A stretch of 50,063 bases of DNA, the filler included, from Sphacelaria rigidula (lineage: Eukaryota), in the NCBI GenBank assembly GCA_964200075.2. It is 3 parts of 3 records of this genome, joined end to end, with 100 filler letters (N's around TTAATTAATTAA, not from the genome) between each part and the next. Parts side by side here need not be neighbours in the genome. Positions count along the whole stretch, not along the records: positions 33,444 to 50,063 come from CAXNAA020001299.1; 2 more parts are not named here. The stretch is one strand, 5' to 3'. This document shows, piece by piece, positions 35,543 through 47,500 of this stretch; position 1 is the first letter of the stretch; every line of letters starts with the position of its first letter. The notes below the pieces were generated by a model. It was not told the DNA's origin. It saw nothing but the letters and a program-made list of their open reading frames with translations, and did no database searches. A program made the translations under genes and the position numbers.

Positions 35543-38500
35543 CTGGGGAACGTGGGCGCGAGGGGGTCAAGTCGAGAGTACATGATATGAATGGAAAGCA
35601 AGCACCCCAGGCATGGAATTTGGGACAAGTTTCAAGTATGCTCAGGGATCGAAATTCGATCCCCAAGAGAGAGGGGTGCCACGGTAGGGGTGCACAGACA
35701 CTTTCTCAGGCTCTTCACTTCAGGAATCCCTCGATGACAAATATCTGGGCCCAAGAGTGCAACCTCAGGCAATTGTTGGCCAAAAAAAGTGCACCCTTTC
35801 TGTGGTACCACTCACAACTGACACTATTGTAGACCAATGCACTTGACGGGGGGGATCTCACCCAATTGACCGGGAAAAGGGCGGCCGTGAGGAGCAACTG
35901 ACAGGACATCAACTTCACTACAATTGGCAAAAGGAACGGAAGCTCAGCTACATGATTCGGCTCGAGTGTTCATGTTATGAGCACCATCCAGCGCAAATTG
36001 GAATGCCGAAGGGAAATGTAGTCCACACCATGTTCATACGTCAGCCCGGCCATGTACAGGTAAGCCCGGGCGCAACATGCGAACACAGGAATCTCCACCG
36101 TGGTGCACGGAACGATAGCAACGGAGCCCCTTAGAGTGAACTTGTTACGTAAGCCGGTCCTCTACACGCACAAATCATGAAATGCGATACATACTCGAGG
36201 CACACGCGCTGGGTTCAATGGAAGACAGAGACAGATCGCAGGGCGCAACACAACACACCTCAGCCACGACTCCTTCGTGCCCTTGATTGCCATAACATCT
36301 TTCTCTCTGATAGGTCGAGGCTCATGCTTCGACCCCCACGCGCCGAAGATCATACCCATGAGTGCATCACACACCGGTTGACAGGCGGAATGCAGCTCCA
36401 ACTGACGGCACATAGCGGCGAAGCCTCCAAGCTTCTCGAAACTTCGCAAGGCTTGGGGGTCAGGTCCAGGGCGACCCCCTGCGGTGGAGTCATCAGAAGA
36501 AAAAAAAGTGGATGCGGTCGACCGCCGTCCATCCTCTCCCTTCCTTATCTGATGGCAGCGCAGCATATCGCAGTGGAAAAGCACGTTAGACGCGTATTAA
36601 ACCAAGAATACTTCCTCTGTGCCATGAATAAAGGTCCTTATGGGCGTTTTATCGTTTGGGTAGTTCAACGTTGATGATCATCCTGTAGTTGGGTTCGTTA
36701 GAGAGGGGAAGCACAGACGAAGCTGATGAAAAAAAAACGAGACAAAAAAACTTGTCTTCATCGCTAAAAGCACGCGTTTTGGCCGCCACAAAATAGGACA
36801 GAGATATTATGTTTGGCTGTGGACGAGAGCGGTCGACAAGAGCCTCTGGAGAGGAGATACAGCGCGGCGTTGATCACGTGATGAGGCGTACTCACGAAAA
36901 AGAATAACAGGCAAAATTCATGCGACAGGGTGGCCATCGAGTTTTAGACCTGGCCATTTCACGCGGATTGGAACATGACACTTACAAGCATGAGACTTAG
37001 TAGTTTGATTGCGCTAACCCTGGTGTCCACATGGCTAGATGACATGAGCTCCAGCGGCACAAAGAATTGTCCACCTGCAGAAGGATAAACAAATGAACGA
37101 CGGCAGATGCAGGTGCATGAAACGTTCAAGAGACTTGGTCAAGGAAGCAACAAAACTCCACATGAGGTCGGTCGCTACACGATTCGCCCCATTTGCCCAC
37201 TTTACTCCATGCGAAAAGCCTGTGCAAGACGCAATTGATAATTGTGCGATTATCTCCGCGTCCAAGCACCAGCAATCTGGGCAAATGATCTTGACTCATA
37301 CATCATCCGCACGCGCAGAAAACGGGCAGCTGAAACATTTGCTCGGAATCAAAAACTGTTGGTAGGCCCCCGTGGTCAATATTACATAGGTGAAGAGATG
37401 CGATAGCGCCAAACTTGAATGTCAATCACCTCCCGGAAAGGCCATCGACATCATGCCCACAATCACGGCGCCCCCATCGCCCCCACACAGCTGCACCAGC
37501 AGGTCCAGGACAGCGCCACCGACGCGTCTGGTCAAAACGAGCGACGACAAAGCTGAACCCGACGTCTCCCGTGGACCACGATCACGGCGCTTGCCCCAGC
37601 TATCCTCCTGTTCACGGTGACATTCAGACGATAGTACCAACGCAACAAATTGATCGTGTCGATATTCGAAGCGGATGTTTTCCCATCAAAATGATCAAGA
37701 TTCAAGATGATATCCAAAACGCGGAGGGCAAACACTGTTTCAGCTACCTAATAACGCCCGGGTTTCAACGATGAAAGCGCTTACGACGACGTCAGTGCAT
37801 GCAGTACTCGTGCGTGCTGGAACTCGCGGAGTTGACGGGGATCCATCAGAGCAAATTGGACATCTTCTGGCGTGGCGGGGTCGGCTCCTTCCAGTCGGAA
37901 CATGACCGGTCAGGTGGGAAAAGCTTTTCTCATCATTTTGACTTCTTCCGCTATCGCCACCAATCCAGCCGGGTACAATGCACTGACAAAAACTCTGACA
38001 TGATCGTTACTGAGGCAACTCGCCCGTGCTATCGGAGCTTGACCGCATGACAGTCTTGGGAAAACTTGACAACGCGAAAGATGCATCCTTGCGATGCTTT
38101 CACCCTCTCACCCACCTTTAAAGCAACTACACTCGAAAATAGTTCGGAGCAATCGCCGTCGACGACAACGCTCTGCAAGTGGCGCACCTGTCCTGTGTTG
38201 AGCATCTCCCGTCGCAACATCCCCTCGAGCTCTTCCGCCTCCAGGTGACACCGGAGAACAAACCCGACCAAGATGGCAATGTGCTCGGCAGTGCAACCGG
38301 CAGAGGTGCTGCTCGCAACCGCTGCGGTGGGGTCCTAGTACCCGTCGGCAGCGAAGGACGAATCATCGCGACGGGTATGGAACAAGATGTGGTTTGTGGA
38401 ATGAAATCATCGCCACTTCAAAGATAAGTTCGAACCGACACGACGAAGAAATTTGGGGAAAACGAGTACGACTGTGCCACACATACATAGTGACACGTAG

Positions 38501-41500
38501 CGACTCGATTTGCCGATTCGTTTTACCGGCGACCAAGGCGCACCGCACATCCTTGCATTCCGCCCAAAGCCCCGTTTCGTGTCGAAACGTTTTGTTGTGC
38601 CGAACACATTCGCCTAAAACACAAAACGAGCGTTGAATCGGCACTGGAGCTCGTTCATCAATAATCGAGGTGACGATGAGCTTGCATGAAGAAATTTAAC
38701 AACGGCTCCCGTGCTGGGGAGGTATCTCACCACACAAGATATCTCACAGTCGCCTCTCCGTCAACTACATGTCGACTACACGGGATTGTATGGTGGTGAT
38801 ATGAGGTACACCTCGAGTAATGCATCCCATATCTACAACCAAGCAAAAACTCCACAAAATGTGCCCTCGACAAAAATACACAGTGTCTGCAGAAAGTCGT
38901 TTCAGCCTCGCCTGCGGTCGTACAGCCGGAGCCGCCGCCGCTGATCCCGCAATAAGCACTTGCAGCATCCGAATTGCTTGAGCGCGCGCCGCAGACCCCG
39001 CCGCCCTCGTAGACCTGCCTCCCATAGAGATCCGCGTCGAACCACTTCCGCTCTCGTCACGCCCCCCCACCGGCCCCAAAGCCGACGACGACAAAAACGA
39101 GGGCACCCGGCGAATCCCATTGTTACGCGTGCCGCCACCAGTGAGAGACTCCGAACCCGGGTCATCGTGACCGTTGACGCTGCCGTAGGTTGGAGGAGAA
39201 AGGAGGTACAGGAGAGGCGCAAGCGCCCCGGCTTCGGTAAAAGCTCGGCGCCACACCTGCGCGGTAACATGTGCATGTAAGTGGATCGGTTTCAACACTT
39301 CAAGCGCTTGCATGTGACGTTCCGAATACATATTTAACGCTGACCAACCACCACAGGCAAACGATTGGCGAAAAACTGATCAGACACAACGCTTAGAGGC
39401 ATGGCACGGGGATACGGCAAATGAACGTTGTTGTTTCATGAGAGACGCGCGCTTGCGTCGTTATACATGCGCACACCTTTGCCGGCATCGAATCATGCGA
39501 CAGACAGACAGAAAAAAAGACAAACAGACAGACAAAAAGACAAACAGACAGACAAAAAGACAGACAGAAAAACAGAAAGACGGGCGGATGGGCGGACAGG
39601 GAAAAGAGAAAGGTCACTTTGTACCACGACCGTCGCTAACCAGCGCCTTGCAACTGATGCGAACAGCCATTATCGCACACCTGTATTCCTGCCGAGCTGC
39701 CATCGAGTGCATCCACCAACGCCTCCATGACCCTCGCCTGGAGCTCCGGAGCTCGCTCGCAGTGGCACAAAAGGTCCACAACAAGCCGCAAGGCCTCGGG
39801 CGAACGAACTGGTTTAACCCCCGCTAGTCCCGCAATCCCGTACCCACAGTCACGAGCACCAGCACAACCGGCCGTGTCAAGCAAGGATACGGAAGATAAA
39901 CCGTTGGTGGGAACGTCCACAGCGCCTTGGAGAGCTTCGCTTGTCATGAGATCGAACAGCGTATCGAATGAATCCATGGACAGCTGCACGTCACATCCGG
40001 GATAAAGGGCGCCGAAGAGGTTACACCAGCGGTCGGGAAAGGGGCAGTGGGCGGGCAGATTGTGCACGTGCAGGGAAAGCGTTACGATACGGCGGGATAT
40101 GGATGAAATGCACCTGTGCCCCTACCGATAAAGCGACGGGAAGCACCGAACACCAACACCGAATATATTGAATCTACTGATGGGCTGAGCTATTCCGCGG
40201 TAGGGGAGACATTTCCTAGGTCTGAATCGTCAGGGGCCCTTCATCTCATCCAAACAACGACCTGTAAAATATGTGACAGCGCGCCATGATGAGCATCCCA
40301 AGGAGCTAGGGATATCTCAAATAAGATTTAAAAAAAACGGGAATGTCCTGACTCAAGTTCTCGTGTAGCCCGCCCCCATCTATGGGAGTCCCTCAATGAA
40401 ATGTCTGGGCCTAAACCTAAACGTGCAGTCTCTGCCGTGGTATGACTCGGCGGTAGACTATTACTTTCTCTGCGACCACGTCAACTCGAGGTCAACATTC
40501 GTGCTACATGTTCGCAACGGGGCGACAACAAGCGTCAATACCTGCTGCAGAGCTTCGTCCCCTTGTGCCAAGGCATGGTACAACACGTTGAATCCGTCCC
40601 GTACTCGGAAGGCATCCATGCCCTCGGCAGAAGCTTCCAGGAGCCCGGCAAGAACCCTCAACGCCGCCACCTATGGTACCGTGCGTGCATCACGTATGGG
40701 GTCACAAGCTGTATTTTTTGCTAGCAGGCTTCGCTCATTCCATGAACATATTTTTGATATGCTGGCAGCTGCCGCGATTCATCTTTCTTTCGATCAGCAC
40801 TCCACACGTGATGCAACAATGACGAACCAGCGGTTTCACAGGGACGAACCCTACTTTATGACCAGCACCGTACATACCTGGCGAGCGTGGTCCATCCTCA
40901 AGAACGGAAGGCACAGCCGAAATCCTCCAGCGGCTTGCACGGCAACGTGCAGCGGTGTCGTCGCGTACACGCACGTGCCGGGTCCGGCCAGTCTAAAAGA
41001 TAGTCGCCCATCCGACGCCGAATCTTTGCTTCCACCACACCCCGCCGCTACAGCAAGCGAAGCCACCGCCGATGACATCGAGGTGTCCTGCGACCCGTTA
41101 CCCCCGCCCTCCGCACCGCTGAGTACCAACGCCCCAGCCCCAGGGCCGTTCAAAGCAGGGCTTTGGGAGGATCCGACTGTCGTCAGGGTTCCTACCCTTT
41201 GAAGGTTGCAGTCGGAGGTGACGCCATACTTCCTGTCAATTGCCCGGCGAAGCGGGATGAATAGGGTCGAAAGACGAGGTTGAGCTGCGACATTTTTTGT
41301 CGGATATTCTGCCGTTGGGACTGAAGGGGGATCTCCCACGTTTGAGGCAGACAACAAGGTTGCATCTGACGCGACGCAGCTGGTGTTGTTATCGATATCA
41401 ACCGGTATAGGCGACACTGTAACCTCGTCGGACAGTTCTGGTGTTGACCTCACAGGCCCGGCTTCCGAGGAGCTGACCGTGTCCCCACAAGAACCAGCCT

Positions 41501-44500
41501 CTTCCTTCATTTGCGTTGCCTCTGTCTCACGTCCGCTCGAGGGTGTTGACCGGACATCTTCACCGTTCGAATAGTCATCAGTAACACGCCCTACTTCGGT
41601 AGAGCAAACGTCCCGGTGCTGATTCCCGACGCCACATATACTCGTTTTCTCCCCACGCCACGTCTTCTCGTGGTCACCAACGGGATCGAGGAATGGGGTC
41701 GGGGGGAGGTCACCTGGTGCGGTAAAGATAATCCGCTTTCCGGGCGGCGGAGCTCCAGGCCCTCTCAGGAAAGCCGCTTTCGCCATTTCAGCGGTCCAGG
41801 CGCCCTCTACGAGTGCAACGGTGGCAATCTGTCCGTTGAAGCACGCCAGCGCGTGCTCCTCGCACCCTACGCTTGCCGAAAGCGCTGCACCGGCCGCGCC
41901 TGCAACTGGGTAGGCGACGTGACCACGCGGATTCGGGCCGGTCAATTTGCTCGCCCCGGCGCCTGGCGAGAGTGCGCGTCGCTCTCCGTCTACGTACACG
42001 GTGATGCTACCATCTGGCCATTGGCCGTCAGCGTCACCTGAAGAAGTATCCGGAGCGCCGGCGTGTGTTACGATGAGGTACTGCCAGCGCCCACACTGTA
42101 TTTCTGGTTCTTTTAGAACGCAGGAAGCCAACGAAGTATCCCAAACATCGACGCTGGGTTCTTCTGGCTGATCGGGGAGGTGTTCTATACGTACGCTAAT
42201 CTGCAGAACCGCCGAAGCGTCGTCTGCAGCGGTGCCTTGGTCATCCTCGATAGCTCCGATGCCTGCCGCGGCTGGTGGCGCCAAGTCTTCCCCTGGTCGC
42301 TGGCACTTTCGAAGAGAAACCCGCAGGAAAGGCTTGGGCGCTCCATCTTCCGCTTTCCCACCTAACGATATTAGAGCGGTCTCGCCACCAAACGCGCTAG
42401 AGAAAAGCGCAGGCCGCATCCACATGGACAGGGAATAGCCCAGGCGTTGCGGCGGGAAGCGCACCAGTGGCCCGGCCACCAAGCCACTCGCAATACCCCC
42501 ATCCATGTGAAAAAACCATGCCGGGGCGGAAGTCTCCAGTATAGTTCCAATTACGTATAACAACTGCATCTGAAGCTCCCCTGCATTAGACGGCAAGGTT
42601 GCAGCGTCATCTACATCTCCGTCTCCAGCTCCCAACAGCTGCACCGCGCCCTCGACCGCCGCTGCCCCCCCCCTTAATGACAACCGCCGACCCAAATCGC
42701 CGCCTGGGAGAAGATCTATCGTTGATGTCACTCGCAAACGCCCTAGGCGAGCCCACGCCGAGGGCTGGAGACTAGCGAGGCGAAACAGCTCTGTGGCGTC
42801 CGCTGTAGACATGTGGTGGGACATCAGCTGGGCAGCCAGGCGGAAGTAGAGATCACGGACTTGGCTCTGATCTGGTAGGCAACAGGCCAGCTTCAGCAGG
42901 GCCAACGGGGCGCGTAGAATGCATAGCGCCGCTGCATTCGCGGGGTTCGCATCTAGGAGACGGGATAGCTGCCCGGCAGCCTGAGCTTGGTGATGCGGCG
43001 GTACCAGAGGAAGCAGTAGGAAAGGAAATACAGCAGCTTCCAGTCCACGAAACTTCGCTCCAGACGGCCGCCATAGCGACGGTGCTGACGCGGTGGTGTG
43101 CTGCGCTCCTCTGGGATGGGCAATGAAGTAGCGTGCCTCTCCTCGTGTGGCGCTCGGTCCCCGCGTCCGGTTTATTAACAACACGTCTTGAGCTAATGTG
43201 ACCAACCCTGGTGGCAGCCAGATCTCGTCGAACAAGCATGCCTTTACCGCAGCTTGCTCGTTCTCCTCACGTCCATTCATGAATGAGCTCGTGTCCCCGG
43301 CCCTCGCCTCTCCGTCTCCGGGCTCATTTTTTCCCCTGCTCAGCGCACGCGGAAGTTTGGGCAAGGCCCGAGGCACCCAAGTCATCCCATCTTTCACACT
43401 GGGATTGCTTCTGCTCCGAGAGCTGTTCCTTCTACCATTTTGCCGCCCTCCGCTCCTTGTCTCAGTTCGCCCGCGGTCGGACAATTCACCGTTAGGATCT
43501 CCCGTAGAAGCTGCAGATATCTCCCCCATTCCGTTCCAATTTGGGGATTGAACGCTGCCAAAGGCCATGGATTGGTCTGGATGCGTGATCAGACTTAGAA
43601 AGGGTGGAGGCAGCCGCGCTTTTCCATTGCCCATTCGCCGGACAGATGCTTCGAGCCACAGAGAAAAATGTTGTCCATGCATGGACACACCAGCTCCATG
43701 CGCCGCAGTAGCCAATACGTCATAACCGAGGGTTGAACCGAGGCGAGCCTGGCGAATCACGGTAGTAAACACACTTTCAATCTGTCCGCGAAGATGCAAT
43801 GGCATCTTCCAATACGCGATCATGATACCGACATGTCGTGCACCTTGGGAGTTAAGCCGCGGCGTCACAGTACTACACGTACGTTAACAGCGACATGTTC
43901 AACACTACCGTGCACACCACGAAAAAGTCACATACATGATGGGCGGTCTCAATCTTAATTCTCACCTTTGCTCTCTCGCTTCCTGCCACCAAATCAGCTA
44001 AGCACAGTAAGGCTAGACTCGCCGCCTTGCCTCCCTCCGACGACATCCGGTGCGATATCATCCTGTCACGCTCCACGACGGCAAGCAGGACCTCCATTAG
44101 CCCCTCAGCCACCAATGTGTCTTGTACCACGCCAAGCTGGTCACCTGCGAGTCGACCCACAACCTGTGCAACGTCAATAACAATGGTGGGCATGAAACGA
44201 CAAAGGAGCACTTGAAGCCGAAAGGTGAGGACAGAAGTTGGTCTCCGGGATACCGTCCGGAGCCATATGTGGTCCAGTGCATCCCGGTTGCCGCCCCGAT
44301 AGTGCGAGTGCATTTTTTTCGATAGTTGAAGGCGCTGTTCTACTTTAGAAAATTGGATGCACGCATCTTCGCAAAACTAAATTTTGTATATACCACAGGG
44401 ACATTGCTACAGACACACCGACCCCACGCCGACACGATTTTAGTGCCATTTCATAGTGCTGCATACTGACTCTTGAGAGATTGAAGATAATTAGGGTAGA

Positions 44501-47500
44501 GTAGGTCTCTAACTGGCATGCGACACTTCGAAATGTACCTTCATATTTGCCACCCCTGTTCGGGCCTCGGGATGTCGGTTGGGAGACACTTCTGTTCTCC
44601 TGCTGCCAGAAATGCTAGGGTCTTCGTCAGTCGATCCTGCACTTCCAGCTTTAAGCGCCACGAGTGGAAGTACTCTTGTGCAGTCTGGCATCACCACCTC
44701 GCAAGGCCCAAACGATCCAACTGCAAGGCGAAGCTCGTTGAGGAGTGCGAGTTTCATATGTGTCCGATCCCGTGTCTGTTGGGAGGGGGTGGGGCCAGTA
44801 CGTTAGACTGTGGAGTGCATGGCAACCACACCGAATCGCGGGGGGAGTTGGGCATCATCAGCCACCGCAAGGTGGGCTAACTCCCAACTCTGTAGAAGAG
44901 CAAAATTACAGGCAGTGTCTCGAGCATTGGCAACATGCGCATCCGAATCGGTGAAAACGCCAAACGCACTTAGTCTACTAGGTCATTCGTTCAACCATTG
45001 GACAGGCCATAGTCGACAACAGGTGAATACAATAGAACTCGATATGTTTTGTCGACGTACTCGCCAATGATCAGTCCATGCCTATTTAACGTCGCTCTCA
45101 ACCTTGCCCGCGCAACAGCTAACGTCAACAATGAGATCTGTGCTCTGCACGTCAGCAGTAAAGTACCAGCACTATGAAACCACGCCGACTGACCTGACTT
45201 GCTGGCGCTTTGGGAACATGACTAGCAGTGGTGCCTGGAGTATCCGTCTCCGCTAACGTTTTAACGAGCCACACCAACCATCTAGCGGGCTGTGCCAGCG
45301 CCGTAGATCCCTCATCCCGACTGTGCTGCTGCCCTGCCCCCGTAAGGAACGCCTCTCGAATAATCCACAGGGAGAGACGCCGGGCACCCATCCATCCCAT
45401 CCACATCTCGAGCGGTAAATGCTTTTCGTCAACACCCGATGAAACAGCTTCAGCAGGCACACCAGCACCACCTTCCCCAGCATCAGCATCGCCCCTCATG
45501 CTGTTAATCGGAGGCTCCGGCTGGCATATAACCTGAGCGAGGAGTCCCCAGCCTCCGGCAGCACTAAATTCTCGCACGGTGGCGTTATTCCCCCTCACAA
45601 CGAGCCGCGCCAAAATTTCAAGTGCCCCTAGAAGCCATCCTTGTGTCCAATCTTCGCGTGACTTCGAAGCTATCACTATCTCTGGGGGTGGAGATGCGGC
45701 TTTACCTTCAGCAGCACCATCGGCTGCGGAAGGCTGATCATAGGGTGGCGATTCTTGAGGGCAGGATTTCTCCACTTTGGTGTTGATATGCGGGAGCAGC
45801 GGCGCCAACAGCTCGTCCTGTGCAGTATACAGTACCATGGTTAGAACACCGAGGTGTAACTTTTCATCGTTGGAGGCGCCAATCTTGTTTGTGCCAGTGT
45901 TCCCGGAGGGTTTCGGAGTTGGCGGGAGACCGAAAGACTCACGGTCATCGAGCATGGCCACCATTGCCTTCAGCAAGGCCTTGCCCCCTTGCACCGCCCA
46001 TGCTGAATTCGACCGCCCGTGCGTCCAACCTGCCAAGCAATCCGATGCTCCACATCCCCTCGGAGTAACAGGGACGCGCACGTGGTTTGCGTTGGCGCAG
46101 TTACGATGAGAATGTGCATCACAAACCCTGCAGAGGCCACCCGCGCCTTTACATCCCACGACCAGACATCGCTGTATGATGTCTAGAGGTTCCCCGCGTG
46201 GTGTACCGCAGGACGAGCAGTGCGATCCGATTTCCCTCTGACATATCTCACCAAAGCGCGCCGTAGAGATGCGTAGTAGGATATGTGCGTATCGTGTCAA
46301 AGCTCGTGCATTCTGCCAGCTGTAAGCAGCAGCCAGCATACGCACAACCTCGTTTATGTTGGAGAGCACCTCTTGTTTGTCGTGCAAATGCCATCCCAAT
46401 CGTGCGGCAGTTGAAGCCGTCGCATCTCCCACGCAGAACTCACTCTCCCCAGCACTACATGCACCTGCACAGCACTTGCTCCCTCGCGAAAGTATCAAGT
46501 CGGCAGCGGAATCACACAGGACTCCCAAAGCGTCGTAACGTTCGAGAACAACAACGTTCAGCGGGCGCACGCGAATCAGTGCTTGGAGACTGCGGGTTGC
46601 ACGGAGAGAAACGGTCACCGATGGCGATCGAGCAACGAGACACAACAAAAACTTGACCGCCTGTACGCCATCCGCGCTAGCTCCAGGAAGGACGGGTCGA
46701 CCGTTGATCGCGAGTCGGAAAAGGGCATCAAAAGTCGCATCCAGCGCACGCAAGCTCCCAATCGGCGACAAGTCTTCTCCATTCGCAACGTGATCCAATT
46801 GATCGGATGAATCCCCATCTTTGCATGATTGTGATTGATCGTTCAAAGCGCCCTCTGCCAACTTATGCAACAACCGAGAGACGCGTGCGAAGCCACCAAG
46901 CTCTGAAAATTTTGCCTGGGCCCGGGAGCGACCTTCCACAATCGAAACAGCTGCTTCAAGAGCTTCGAGTTGAGACTTTCCAACCACAAGCTTCTCCGCC
47001 AGAAACGAACCCATAGTGTTGAGGGTGGGACCTCCTCCTGAGGATTCCGAGGCTCCACCATCAACTGATGGGGCAATAACATCTACCAGGACAGCCAGGA
47101 CACCTTGCGACAACATCATGGCCGGAACATCACTGGCCCCTTCTGCGGCAGCTTGCTCGTCCCCCTCTTCGTTCTCACGAAGAGGCTGTAATATGTCGAC
47201 TTCAGTTTCCCCGCTGTCATCGTCTTCGTCGTTCGGATCAGAATCCAGCGCTTCAATACGGTCTGACTCCGTTGCCAGGGAATCGGCCAAAATGGGCATC
47301 GGAGGATGGCCCATCGCGACTACTCCTCGTAGGGGCACCGCTATATTTGCAGGCGAGGTCTCGCGCCCCACAAGTGCTTGGAATGAACTGCAACGAGAAG
47401 CAACATGGGAAATACGGCAGCGTAGACGTATAAGTAAATACTTGAGCAGACTTTGCTCGCTGAGTGGCATGAGCTTTGGCTCGGCGGCTTGAATACATGA

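Noticed and set aside
40396..41202. 268-aa plus-strand ORF and other plus-strand ORFs in 34289-47492
   Set aside because: They are antisense shadows of GC-rich BEACH-gene exons with no independent features.
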